Below are positions 9,220 through 17,659 of a stretch of DNA of 64,000 nt, piece by piece (the stretch's first letter is position 1; each line of letters starts with the position of its first letter). Both the position numbers and the translations under genes were made by a program. Location of the stretch: IMG/VR virus record IMGVR_UViG_3300021185_003723. One strand, 5' to 3'. The DNA is from an uncultured virus (IMG/VR IMGVR_UViG_3300021185_003723). Taxonomy: Duplodnaviria; Heunggongvirae; Uroviricota; Caudoviricetes. The notes below the pieces were generated by a model that was given only the letters and a program-made list of their open reading frames with translations, did not search any database and had not been told where the DNA came from.

Positions 9220-9468
9220 CTAGTCACGTCTTTCATAAATGTATGCATCGACTCTGTCGGCATACTTTAGAGGTAGTGACTGGTTGTACCGGCGAACGCC
9301 TCGCCGATGACCACGTGCTTGAAGTTTGATATAGTACCGCTGGTACTTACCATCCTCTTTCAACATTCTGTTGCACTTAGATACAAAGGATCTAAGATCA
9401 GCAATTTGAGGATCTTGACGATCACTAAAAGTTGCTATATACGAATCAGATGTCCGGGTCGTGTACAT
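9220..9468 (-). CDS. hypothetical early protein
   Basis: GGAGG RBS and TAATG overlap give start MYTTRTSD. Confidence 0.7.
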   Translation of the reverse strand: MYTTRTSDSYIATFSDRQDPQIADLRSFVSKCNRMLKEDGKYQRYYIKLQARGHRRGVRRYNQSLPLKYADRVDAYIYERRD

Positions 9469-9668
9469 TACGCTGCCTCCTGCATGTTGCATTCGGCTTG
9501 CATCTCTTGCTCAATGCGAGCTTCATTTATCATAAGGTCTGTGATAATCATATCCAACTCAATTTGAATGTCGTGGCGTGACATGCCAAATGTGTTTGAG
9601 CGACGAAGCAAACCAGATAGTTTGTTCTTCATTGTGATTGTATCTTGAATGTCATTCACTATAAGCAT
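9468..9668 (-). CDS. hypothetical early protein
   Basis: AAGGAG RBS; directly under an early promoter. Confidence 0.7.
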   Translation of the reverse strand: MLIVNDIQDTITMKNKLSGLLRRSNTFGMSRHDIQIELDMIITDLMINEARIEQEMQAECNMQEAA

Positions 9669-9693
9669 TTTTTGATCTCCTTATCATGTAACC

Positions 9694-9749
9694 ATACTAC
9701 CACAGTTAGATGGTAATGTACATAAAAAAATGCGGCGTTAACCGCATTA
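9694..9749 (-). promoter_or_regulatory. terminator plus early promoter cassette
   Basis: Hairpin AATGCGG-TTAACG-CCGCATT plus T-run fused to TGTACA-17-TAGTAT. Confidence 0.75.
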
Positions 9750-9770
9750 ATTTAAAGTGTGTTATTTATA

Positions 9771-9986
9771 TTACAATAGTTCGTTTGGATTGTTTTTGTA
9801 AATTTTAATAAGTTGTGAAAGTGTTAGATTAAAAAAGATAGTGGTTTGAGTGTTATGAGGAGGGAAGATTAGAAAATCGGTAGTAGATGGAAGTTTAAGT
9901 GATTTGATATATTTAATGATTTGAGGAATAGTATTGAAAGATAGAGGTTGATTGTAGTTGGATGGGTTAATAAGTGTATAGGTCAT
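9771..9986 (-). CDS. hypothetical protein encoded by an almost G-free mRNA
   Basis: Own promoter, AAGGA RBS and terminator; 4 G versus 59 C on the coding strand by hand count. Confidence 0.6.
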   Translation of the reverse strand: MTYTLINPSNYNQPLSFNTIPQIIKYIKSLKLPSTTDFLIFPPHNTQTTIFFNLTLSQLIKIYKNNPNELL

Positions 9987-10014
9987 ATATTTTTCCTTTT
10001 TGACTGATATAGCC

Positions 10015-10069
10015 TTTCTACCATACTTTTAAGGAGATGTACATAAAAAAATGCAGCCAAAGCTGCATT
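10015..10069 (-). promoter_or_regulatory. terminator plus early promoter cassette
   Basis: Hairpin AATGCAGC-TTTG-GCTGCATT plus T-run fused to TGTACA-17-TAGAAA. Confidence 0.7.
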
Positions 10070-10094
10070 AATTTATAGTGTATTATTTATGTCA

Positions 10095-11045
10095 CTAGGC
10101 AGCAGTGGCATACGCCACTGCTTTTTCTGCCGCAGTTACTTTTTTAGATTGGTTATAACCAAACCACTGATTGTGAAGACGATTCTCTGAGTTCCGTCCT
10201 TGTAGGTGGTCAGTGTAGTAAGTCACACTGTTAAATGCCTGCCACCATGTACCAGCGGCAAACTGAGCACCTGGCTGAACCTCAAGAGCGTCGTAACACA
10301 TCTTTGCAGCCTTTGACATGTCGTCATAGCTTACAACCGGAGTTTTTTCTTCTTTACGAGATGTAGTTGGAAACACATCGTTGTAATATTGGATAAGAGA
10401 CTCTGCGGTAATTTTACGAGAACCTAAGAACTGAGCCATCTCTTTGTACTTAGCAAACTTTTCAGAAGCAATACCAAGAGTTTCTTTCACAGTATCAGCA
10501 TCAAATGCTGTACGATGTCCAACTTTAACAGAACGCTTTGCATCCTGCTGAAGAGAGAAAGTCAATGTGTTATTACATACAACACGAATTGGAGTAAACC
10601 GTACGTCTACTGCTTTTCCATACTGATGCGGATTTGAGAAGAGAAGGAAAGACTCAATAGTATCTTCTCCAAACACATCAAAAGACTCTTTGACTTTTGC
10701 CAAAGCCCACACATTACGACCTTCTTTCAAAGATCCTGCTGTATGCATTTCCATATCACCAGCAGCAACAAACTCTGAGAAGAAAGTAAATGCTTCTTCG
10801 TTTTGTACTGGCTTCCAATCTTTGCCAGTCACGTCAAGCAAAGTATTATCTGATGTACGGACAAGAGCAACCTTGTCATTGATTTCAAGACCAGATTCAG
10901 TAACGATTTTTTGCTGTTCGACTTCCCAGTCGACTCCAGCTTTTTGCATCATTTGAATTGGTGTTAAGTCATTGCTAACTTCTGTTCCAAGACCGTGCCA
11001 TGGAAGCTCACCTGCGTAAGCCATTGTTTCTACTTCATGAGACAT
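10095..11045 (-). CDS. DUF932/DUF945 family phage/plasmid protein (TIGR03299-like)
   Basis: MSHEVETMAYAGELPWHGLG, PVQNEEAF, TAGSLKEGR, TPIRVVCNNTL, GTWWQAFNSVT. Confidence 0.85.
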   Translation of the reverse strand: MSHEVETMAYAGELPWHGLGTEVSNDLTPIQMMQKAGVDWEVEQQKIVTESGLEINDKVALVRTSDNTLLDVTGKDWKPVQNEEAFTFFSEFVAAGDMEMHTAGSLKEGRNVWALAKVKESFDVFGEDTIESFLLFSNPHQYGKAVDVRFTPIRVVCNNTLTFSLQQDAKRSVKVGHRTAFDADTVKETLGIASEKFAKYKEMAQFLGSRKITAESLIQYYNDVFPTTSRKEEKTPVVSYDDMSKAAKMCYDALEVQPGAQFAAGTWWQAFNSVTYYTDHLQGRNSENRLHNQWFGYNQSKKVTAAEKAVAYATAA

Positions 11046-11206
11046 TATATAACTCCTTGTTCAATTAGTTCGTTAACCATCTTTACTTCGGCATTAAACT
11101 GTCTTGTAGTTGACTGCGAAAAGTCAAGCGCCATATTGTCAAATACTTTTTCTGCTTTTTCCATATCGCAGTTTAACAGCTTCATGATGTCTTTTAGATA
11201 TAACAT
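11045..11206 (-). CDS. small hypothetical early protein (53 aa)
   Basis: Hand translation MLYLKDIMKLLNCDMEKAEKVFDNMALDFSQ...; AAGGA RBS; TAATG overlap with next gene. Confidence 0.6.
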   Translation of the reverse strand: MLYLKDIMKLLNCDMEKAEKVFDNMALDFSQSTTRQFNAEVKMVNELIEQGVI

Positions 11207-11258
11207 TAACATTCCTTTTGTTCATCTGGTATAACATTATCATTCATTTGATAAGACT

Positions 11259-11287
11259 ATTATAGCATATTACTTATCGGATGTACA
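11259..11287 (-). promoter_or_regulatory. sigma70-like early promoter
   Basis: TGTACA-17-TATAAT; shares a 21-bp exact repeat with 7096-7116. Confidence 0.75.
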
Positions 11288-11371
11288 CAGTTAATTTGCA
11301 TTTTTTTAAACTTTTTTTCATTTTGTTAGCACTAACATTTTATAGATATCTTAAACAAAAGGTGTGACAAA

Positions 11372-11626
11372 ATGTGCAGCCCATGGAAACGTAAAGAAGC
11401 TAATCGCTTGTTTTGGATGGTTAAAGGTCATCTTATTCCTAAAACCGAACCGGACGATATCGTTGAAGGTTACTATGAAAGCTATTTTAAAAGATTATGG
11501 AACAATGAATCGCAGTGTTTAACCGAATACGAAGACGGATTTGAACAAGCTTACAAATTAAGAGAAATAGAAATGCTCAGTGAAGAGGTCTCACGTGTAG
11601 CAGTGCTAGGCGGGCACTTTGATTAA
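11372..11626 (+). CDS. hypothetical protein
   Basis: AAAGGTG RBS; convergent with the next gene; natural-looking composition. Confidence 0.6.
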   Translation: MCSPWKRKEANRLFWMVKGHLIPKTEPDDIVEGYYESYFKRLWNNESQCLTEYEDGFEQAYKLREIEMLSEEVSRVAVLGGHFD

Positions 11627-11820
11627 ACCCGCCTAGAAACATCGTCGACGTAATCAACGAAATGGTATTTAGGACCAAAGATGACTACGTCGTCTTCACC
11701 AACTTCGGTGAATACTCGCGCATCGTAATGAAGGTGGATGTAGATAGGTCCACCGAAGATCCTACGAGCTCTTACATATTCGTCACCCCTGAACCCCACG
11801 TAGTGTACTGTTCGTGTCAT
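11623..11820 (-). CDS. hypothetical protein
   Basis: AGGA RBS; VHYVGFRGDEYVRARRIFG...HYDAR. Confidence 0.65.
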   Translation of the reverse strand: MTRTVHYVGFRGDEYVRARRIFGGPIYIHLHYDARVFTEVGEDDVVIFGPKYHFVDYVDDVSRRV

Positions 11821-12070
11821 AATAATTCCTATAGATGTAATCCAACTTGTTTTTTTCTGGATGACGTCGTACCCACATGCCAGTATCAGGTTGGAAATGT
11901 TTTTTAAAGAAGTTGTCTAACTTACGATTGCCGGTCTTCTCAGTCGGATTAATCTTCTGAGATAGCTCATCAAACTCAGCATCGGACATTACAGGATCGT
12001 CTTTGTACTCGTAAGCGTAAGCTGCGACTGACAAGCGAATCCTATTTTTTATTTCTTCATTAACCATCAT
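11783..12070 (-). CDS. stand-alone protein resembling the N-terminal (Ia) domain of NAD-dependent DNA ligase
   Basis: AAYAYEYKDDPVMSDAEFDEL motif; GAGG RBS before ATGATG at 12070/12067. Confidence 0.65.
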   Translation of the reverse strand: MMVNEEIKNRIRLSVAAYAYEYKDDPVMSDAEFDELSQKINPTEKTGNRKLDNFFKKHFQPDTGMWVRRHPEKNKLDYIYRNYYDTNSTLRGVQG

Positions 12071-12072
12071 AA

Positions 12073-12300
12073 CCTCAAAACTATTTTGATCAGCGCCCCT
12101 AGTTATTAAAACTAGTAAAATGCTTTCAGGCCCGGTCCCCTCTACATGGACGCTGATCAAAATAGTTTTCGAAGGAGGGGCTTTCTGCAGTGCCCCTCCC
12201 CTTATTTGCATTTCACGTATGCAACAACCGACTGGGTTATCCGGTACCAGTGCTTATACCGACCTAGACGCCCCGTACGGGATTAAAACGACTAGGGTTT
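12073..12300 (-). ncRNA. candidate structured RNA(s) downstream of the tRNAs
   Basis: Several hairpins plus a perfect 19-bp inverted repeat (12077-12095/12151-12169). Confidence 0.45.
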
Positions 12301-12302
12301 TC

Positions 12303-12379
12303 TGGTACTCCCCACAGGACTCGAACCTGTAACCAAAGCGTTATGAGCGCTCTGCTCTAACCAGTTGAGCTAGAGGAGT
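12303..12379 (-). tRNA. tRNA with CAT anticodon, probably tRNA-Ile2 (alternatively Met)
   Basis: Cloverleaf ACTCCTCTAGCTCAACTGGTTAGAGC...CTCATAA...GGTTCGAGTCC...ACCA; C4-G69/C5-G68 pairs as in TilS substrates. Confidence 0.9.
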
Positions 12380-12383
12380 GTGT

Positions 12384-12460
12384 TGGCGGTCCCTATAGGA
12401 TTCGAACCTATGACCTACTGCTTAGAAGGCAGTTGCTCTATCCAGCTGAGCTAAGGAACC
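12384..12460 (-). tRNA. tRNA-Arg(TCT)
   Basis: GGTTCCTTAGCTCAGCTGGATAGAGC...CTTCTAA...GGTTCGAATCC...GCCA. Confidence 0.95.
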
Positions 12461-12466
12461 AAACTA

Positions 12467-12730
12467 TTAATCCTCTTGCCAATCCCAAAAAGGATCATAA
12501 ACTTCCATTCCCGTAAAACCTTCTTGAGTCCAACCACGAGCCTTAGCATGGGCGCTAACGATATCTTTATACTCAGCGGTTGTTACCATCCCATTTGATA
12601 TAGCCCAAGCTTTCATTTCTTTCCGTACAGTCTCTTCCTGTACACCTTTAACATTCTCGGAATAAAGGCGTTCTACTTCATCTACAGCCATTTCAAATCC
12701 ATTGCGAGTTTCTTGAATACATGATTCCAT
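12467..12730 (-). CDS. hypothetical early protein
   Basis: GGAG RBS; TAATG overlap. Confidence 0.7.
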   Translation of the reverse strand: MESCIQETRNGFEMAVDEVERLYSENVKGVQEETVRKEMKAWAISNGMVTTAEYKDIVSAHAKARGWTQEGFTGMEVYDPFWDWQED

Positions 12731-12945
12731 TATACTGTTTCTCCAAAAAAGTTATCGACTAAAACTTCAAAGCACTCATACAAATATTCTGAAGTGTACC
12801 ACAGCGAAAGTTCTAAGTTTAGGTCAGCGTCAACAAAGTTCCAGTTAATACCACCTGACGAATTAATATTCTCAGGATTCGTAGTAGCTTTGTTAAAAGC
12901 TTCGATTACGTCATTCTTGATCATTGCGCCGTTTGATAATAACAT
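12730..12945 (-). CDS. hypothetical early protein
   Basis: GAGGAG RBS before ATG at 12945; ENINSSGGINWNFVDADL. Confidence 0.7.
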   Translation of the reverse strand: MLLSNGAMIKNDVIEAFNKATTNPENINSSGGINWNFVDADLNLELSLWYTSEYLYECFEVLVDNFFGETV

Positions 12946-12970
12946 GGTTATCTCCTCATTTGATGTATAC

Positions 12971-12999
12971 ACTATACACTATCTAAAAGGTAATGTACA
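12971..12999 (-). promoter_or_regulatory. sigma70-like early promoter for the tRNA-containing unit
   Basis: TGTACA-17-TATAGT; 24-bp exact repeat shared with 9712-9735. Confidence 0.75.
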
Positions 13000-13047
13000 T
13001 AAAAAAATGCGGTTTTTTGAAAAATAGTTTACAATGAAATTAGTATG

Positions 13048-13917
13048 TTATAATTTTTTTACAGGTAACGTCCATGGACTCCATGGAGTATAGTGTCCGG
13101 CTATGCTGTTTTTATAATTAACATCTCTTTTCATGAGATGCAATGTTAGGCCAATCTTACTGTCTTTAAAACCAGTCGGAGCATGCAGCACAGAAGTATC
13201 TTGGACAATAGCGTGACAATGCTGCCACTGAAATATTTCCTCTATAGACAGACCGTCGTATACTGAAACTGGTATATGCTTTGGCATTATTTCTTGTAAA
13301 ATTTTATGATCTTTATTTGACTCATCAATACCTTCAACACCGTAGTCTTTGTACGATTGGTTTTTAATTACGTTATGATAGTTTGCATAACTTGCGATAT
13401 CTCTGCCGTTCATGAACATAGTAGCATGCCCACGATATCTCTGATTAAAAGTTACATATGTGCCAGGGCCATTAATCGATATCGGAATAATAATATCTTT
13501 GTATGGCCTGTATCCATCTAGGTGTGATACTGAATCTGTGTGCAGACCATAGGGTTGTACGGCTTTAAAAAATTGATCACCAACGCTCATAGGATCATTG
13601 ATTGCTATGTCAGAATAGAATATAGTATCTTCACCAAACTCTTCATATATTTTTGGTCTGATTATATCGGATATAATTGGATATGCCATTGGATATGTAA
13701 TTCTATAGATGTGCTCGTTGATAATTTCACCAGCAGTATCAAAATTAGTATTCCAAAAATCTAATAGAGTAAGACGCTCTTCTTCTGATATAAAATTTTT
13801 AATGCAGTACGATTTATCATTTTGGTCCGTAAACAGGCTTGTCTTTGGATTGTGTATGATATCCATAGTTTTTAAATCGGCGTCAGTAAATGGTCTCTCA
13901 GTTTTGTAAGATGGCAT
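13048..13917 (-). CDS. putative Fe(II)/2OG oxygenase-like cupin
   Basis: YGLHTDS...IIIPI...DTSVLHA (HxD...H). Confidence 0.6.
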   Translation of the reverse strand: MPSYKTERPFTDADLKTMDIIHNPKTSLFTDQNDKSYCIKNFISEEERLTLLDFWNTNFDTAGEIINEHIYRITYPMAYPIISDIIRPKIYEEFGEDTIFYSDIAINDPMSVGDQFFKAVQPYGLHTDSVSHLDGYRPYKDIIIPISINGPGTYVTFNQRYRGHATMFMNGRDIASYANYHNVIKNQSYKDYGVEGIDESNKDHKILQEIMPKHIPVSVYDGLSIEEIFQWQHCHAIVQDTSVLHAPTGFKDSKIGLTLHLMKRDVNYKNSIAGHYTPWSPWTLPVKKL

Positions 13918-14392
13918 CAGGTATCGCTTCCATTACTGTTTCCCAAGTTTCACGCATAACAAATTTCATTTGTAATCTTTCATAAGGCACTGCTGTAACC
14001 CAATGACGAATGCATCCGTTGTTAATCGCTAATGCTTCATAAGGAACTTCGCCTAAGTTTTCTATCCCAACATTGGGAGTTTGATCTTTTAAATTAATTT
14101 GTATGCTTGTCACATTATCTTCATCATAATGTATCGGTATATCGTGATTAGGTTTTAGCCAATAAAACCTAGGCCTACAATCAAATTGGGATATATTTAG
14201 AGCATCGGCTACTTCATTTATGTCGGCGTCTACCCCTTGGTCAGGGTATGTTTGCCACCATTTGTCCACTTGCTCAAATTGTTTCCATTGATAGTATCTG
14301 CCGCTATCTCTCCATTTTTCAGCTACATTTCTATAACGAGGCTTATCTATTTTAAAATTAAGATGTTTTAAATTCATAATCGACCAATTCAT
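13898..14392 (-). CDS. putative Fe(II)/2OG oxygenase-like cupin
   Basis: IPIHYDED...IRHWV...ERLQMKF; alternative start 14377. Confidence 0.6.
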   Translation of the reverse strand: MNWSIMNLKHLNFKIDKPRYRNVAEKWRDSGRYYQWKQFEQVDKWWQTYPDQGVDADINEVADALNISQFDCRPRFYWLKPNHDIPIHYDEDNVTSIQINLKDQTPNVGIENLGEVPYEALAINNGCIRHWVTAVPYERLQMKFVMRETWETVMEAIPDAILQN

Positions 14393-14801
14393 GCCAAATG
14401 TTTATAGCTTCTTCAATATGCTCTTTAAACGAAATATTGATGCTATAGCGCGTATGCTCGTTATTAAATACTGCGTGTCGTGCCTGTGTGTTTAAAAGCA
14501 TAGGACCAGCAAAGGTCTCATCTTCAAATGAGCAAGGCGCGTAATTATCTGATAGCGGATAACTCAGCGCAGCATTTCGCTTACCGTCAACGTGCCAATC
14601 CATAACATCATAAGGATCAAGTTTAATTAGCGCAACATTGCGGTCGGCAAAAGACATGCCAGTTTGATAATAGTACATGCCCATACGATTACCTGATACT
14701 GTTGATTGATACGGTGTCCACTCTTTAACGCCTTTGGCCAAATCAAAAAAGAAATCGCTTTGGGTTTTTGAGAGAAATTTAGGTAATTCATAGTAGTTCA
14801 T
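14358..14801 (-). CDS. putative Fe(II)/2OG oxygenase-like cupin
   Basis: MDWHVDGKR...LLNTQARHAVFN...RYSINISF. Confidence 0.65.
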   Translation of the reverse strand: MNYYELPKFLSKTQSDFFFDLAKGVKEWTPYQSTVSGNRMGMYYYQTGMSFADRNVALIKLDPYDVMDWHVDGKRNAALSYPLSDNYAPCSFEDETFAGPMLLNTQARHAVFNNEHTRYSINISFKEHIEEAINIWHELVDYEFKTS

Positions 14802-15400
14802 ATTATTAGACATTTTTGCATTCCCATCAAAGTGCGAGAGTTAAATTTAGTATCATACGCTTTGCCGCCAAATGTTTTCTCGGCAAAGTCATCGTTATAA
14901 AAGGTCCAAATGTATTCTTCTGGTTTAAAGACATAAACATCTGATTGCGTTATTTTACTCCAATCAGGTAGTGTGAGCTTTCGAAATCGACATATATTAT
15001 TTAAAGCTTGTTGATTAGTATGAGAGTAAAAAGTAACATATAATGTTTTACAACGTTCTTTTAATTTTCGTATAGTCTCGATTGCTTCGTCTTTTTCCAT
15101 ATGAGTTATAACTGAGAACAAAACTCCAACATCATAATCTCTGTCAAGTGTAAGTTCTTCTGTACCATTAGGATTATACATTTTATTGTATCCATCATAA
15201 TGAATCCATTCACCGCCTGGATATTGCACCTTATTATTTTCTATAATATTCTTATCAATATCAATTCCAGTATAATCGTGGTGGGATTGATACCGTACAA
15301 AGTTTCCGTGATTGCATCCAAAGTCTAAAACAGATTTATTTTCAAAAGAAGTATATTGTTCAAAATATTTTCTTACATCATATTTAAAGTATTTTTCCAT
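14798..15400 (-). CDS. class I SAM-dependent methyltransferase
   Basis: SVLDFGCNHG, YTGIDID, FSVITHM motifs. Confidence 0.85.
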   Translation of the reverse strand: MEKYFKYDVRKYFEQYTSFENKSVLDFGCNHGNFVRYQSHHDYTGIDIDKNIIENNKVQYPGGEWIHYDGYNKMYNPNGTEELTLDRDYDVGVLFSVITHMEKDEAIETIRKLKERCKTLYVTFYSHTNQQALNNICRFRKLTLPDWSKITQSDVYVFKPEEYIWTFYNDDFAEKTFGGKAYDTKFNSRTLMGMQKCLII

Positions 15401-15845
15401 CTATCCATGTCTGTTCGCTTGCTGAAAAATCATTTAGATGGTTAATTGTTAATGCTTTTTGGGTTCCTGTAATTCCTGATGATGAATTTTTTACATGAGA
15501 ATCAATTAGATACCAAGAGTTAGCGGCACAAGTAATTGTTTCAGTAATATTATCGTCTGCGTCGTGTGCATGAAGTACTGTACCAGCCGGATCGATCATG
15601 TATAGAATTCGCCACCGAGATTCCGTGGTAAAGATACGATCATTTTTTGTATTATCTGCTTCTTGATATCTTTGATGAGAGTTAATCATGATTTCATTTA
15701 ATACGTTATCATTAAGCTGAGTAAGAGTATCGCTAGCTAATGCCCAAGCAGTATAATTAATAATGCTACTCGTGTATTCGACCATAAGACTATCATGTGC
15801 TGGATCTGGTAGTGTAAGTGCTGGTAAATTTAATCTTTTAATCAT
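15384..15845 (-). CDS. hypothetical protein, possibly a degenerate cupin
   Basis: ILYMIDPAG...NSWYLIDSHVK beta pattern without clear metal ligands. Confidence 0.55.
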   Translation of the reverse strand: MIKRLNLPALTLPDPAHDSLMVEYTSSIINYTAWALASDTLTQLNDNVLNEIMINSHQRYQEADNTKNDRIFTTESRWRILYMIDPAGTVLHAHDADDNITETITCAANSWYLIDSHVKNSSSGITGTQKALTINHLNDFSASEQTWIDGKIL

Positions 15846-16351
15846 TTTAGTTCTCCGAATTTTATGTCGTGTATTCCCATATGGAATACGATCCGTTCTT
15901 TTGTTGGTGATTGTACGCCATGTGGTTTCTTTGTGTTAAGCACAGTCATAGTATTGTACACAATAGAATCTCGCCCAGTGCCAGATTCAACATATAATTC
16001 GCCTGTATTTTCTGTTACTGGTATTAATACTGAGCATTCACTTTTTACATCAACATGAACAGGCAGCTCACCGCCTTCTAATACTCTAAAAAAATTACAA
16101 CGAAACTCTTTAGGTCTAATGCCAAATTCATTCCATATCGTTTTAATTAGTTTAAGTAACGGCCTATCAAAGTTGTGAATTTCTTGTACAAAGAACTTAT
16201 TCATGTCTTTACCGCCGGTTGCGTCCTTGACATATTCCGAATATAATTTATTACTATCTTGCCATTCACCGGTGAAGTATGGATTCCAAAACGCTGGATC
16301 TACCTCGTAATCTGTTTCAATAAATGAATCATTGCGCCACATTTTAATCAT
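15842..16351 (-). CDS. putative Fe(II)/2OG oxygenase-like cupin
   Basis: LPVHVDV...LNTKKPHGV...ERIVFHM. Confidence 0.65.
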   Translation of the reverse strand: MIKMWRNDSFIETDYEVDPAFWNPYFTGEWQDSNKLYSEYVKDATGGKDMNKFFVQEIHNFDRPLLKLIKTIWNEFGIRPKEFRCNFFRVLEGGELPVHVDVKSECSVLIPVTENTGELYVESGTGRDSIVYNTMTVLNTKKPHGVQSPTKERIVFHMGIHDIKFGELK

Positions 16352-17144
16352 ACAAATCTTCCTGGCCGTTGACTGATAATATAATATGCGATCTTGACGT
16401 AGTGCCTTTATTCCATGCCGAATGCCTTAGTCCTTGATTTAAGAACCAGCAAGATCCTGGCTCCATTGTCTGATACACCTTTTGGCCATCTTCAACGCAG
16501 TAAAATCCACAATCCTTATTAGTAGTAATCGGAATATGGAATCGTATAGAGTAATCAGTATTATAATCAATGTGCTCGGCAACATAAGCACCAGGATCCA
16601 TAATTGCTATTCGTGCACGAGTAACTTCGCCTTTAAACGATTTTATAACTTCTTCCAGATAAGTTCCTTTAACCCAGTCTTTTATGAGATTATAATGGCG
16701 CTCATCAAGTCTGGACTTAGGTATCTTTTTTTCGTACACGCGGTTTTCTTCGGCTGGATTATATTTAGTTAATGCAATTTGTTTGTACGGGGATCCGTTT
16801 ACTTCGTATTTCCCTTGCTCGTCTTGTACAATGTAATCTTCAAACGGTTTGACATAGTTTCTAAAATCCCATGCCATACGCTTGCCGCCAAGACCTTTTC
16901 TAAATTCAGATTCATTTACGTCGTTATCTTGCAAAAACGTGTATGCGTCTTCAATAGTATCAAATTTTAAACCAAACGCCTTCTGGAGTTTTGGCGATTT
17001 GCCACCAACTAATTCACCGTAGCCGTCTTTTTCTTTAAGATCATCAGTTTCATTTGGCATGTTTCTCACAGTTTCAATAATCTTATCTACATCAAATTGA
17101 AGACCTAAATTTTGAAATGGTGGTAGTTCATGTCGCTTTTTCAT
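16344..17144 (-). CDS. Asp/Asn beta-hydroxylase-like oxygenase
   Basis: EHIDYNTDYSIRFHIPITTN...WFLNQGLRHSAWNKGTTSRSHII. Confidence 0.8.
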   Translation of the reverse strand: MKKRHELPPFQNLGLQFDVDKIIETVRNMPNETDDLKEKDGYGELVGGKSPKLQKAFGLKFDTIEDAYTFLQDNDVNESEFRKGLGGKRMAWDFRNYVKPFEDYIVQDEQGKYEVNGSPYKQIALTKYNPAEENRVYEKKIPKSRLDERHYNLIKDWVKGTYLEEVIKSFKGEVTRARIAIMDPGAYVAEHIDYNTDYSIRFHIPITTNKDCGFYCVEDGQKVYQTMEPGSCWFLNQGLRHSAWNKGTTSRSHIILSVNGQEDLYD

Positions 17145-17659
17145 AATTTTGTATATCCTTTATATTGCCAGCATTTAGGACTTTTAGGGCTACATACAGC
17201 AACCTTAGTGTCGTGTATATCCCACATTGTACCTGTGGCCCGCGCTATTTTATTTATCAATTCTGCAAAAACTTTAGGGTTCTTTTCTCTACTTATAAAC
17301 GCCTTTGTGTAACCAACGCGCTTTGCAAAGCTTAATTGTTGCTTTACCATCATTATTAAATGCGGTCGCACCAATTCTCTACCCGGTCTTCTTAGTATAC
17401 GGTCTTCCCAATATCTATTTAATATTCTACACTCACCATCGTCATAAAATTCCTTCCGGCGAAATACTGAGCTAAACCCTACTATACTATCACCGTTAAT
17501 CAATATAGACACACAATCAAACTCGTGCCAATTTATAGTATCATAATTCACATGACCGTAGTTTACTGCGCTTAGGCGTTTAATCAAATCTGGCCGATCG
17601 GCAGGGCAAAATGTTTCAACATTACAATCTGAGTTCCTCAACATAATTCCAGAATTCAT
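17141..17659 (-). CDS. GNAT-like acyltransferase-fold protein
   Basis: IVGFSSV...RILNRYW...QQLSFAKRVGYTKAFISRE pattern. Confidence 0.5.
   Translation of the reverse strand: MNSGIMLRNSDCNVETFCPADRPDLIKRLSAVNYGHVNYDTINWHEFDCVSILINGDSIVGFSSVFRRKEFYDDGECRILNRYWEDRILRRPGRELVRPHLIMMVKQQLSFAKRVGYTKAFISREKNPKVFAELINKIARATGTMWDIHDTKVAVCSPKSPKCWQYKGYTKL

Noticed and set aside
12071..12332. N-terminal extension of ORF 11783-12211 and plus ORF 12120-12332
   Set aside because: They run through structured RNA and a tRNA; a good SD lies just before 12070
9694..13012. CRISPR array or IS ends from repeated 21-24 bp sequences
   Set aside because: Irregular, widely separated spacing; the repeats coincide with promoters; no cas or transposase genes
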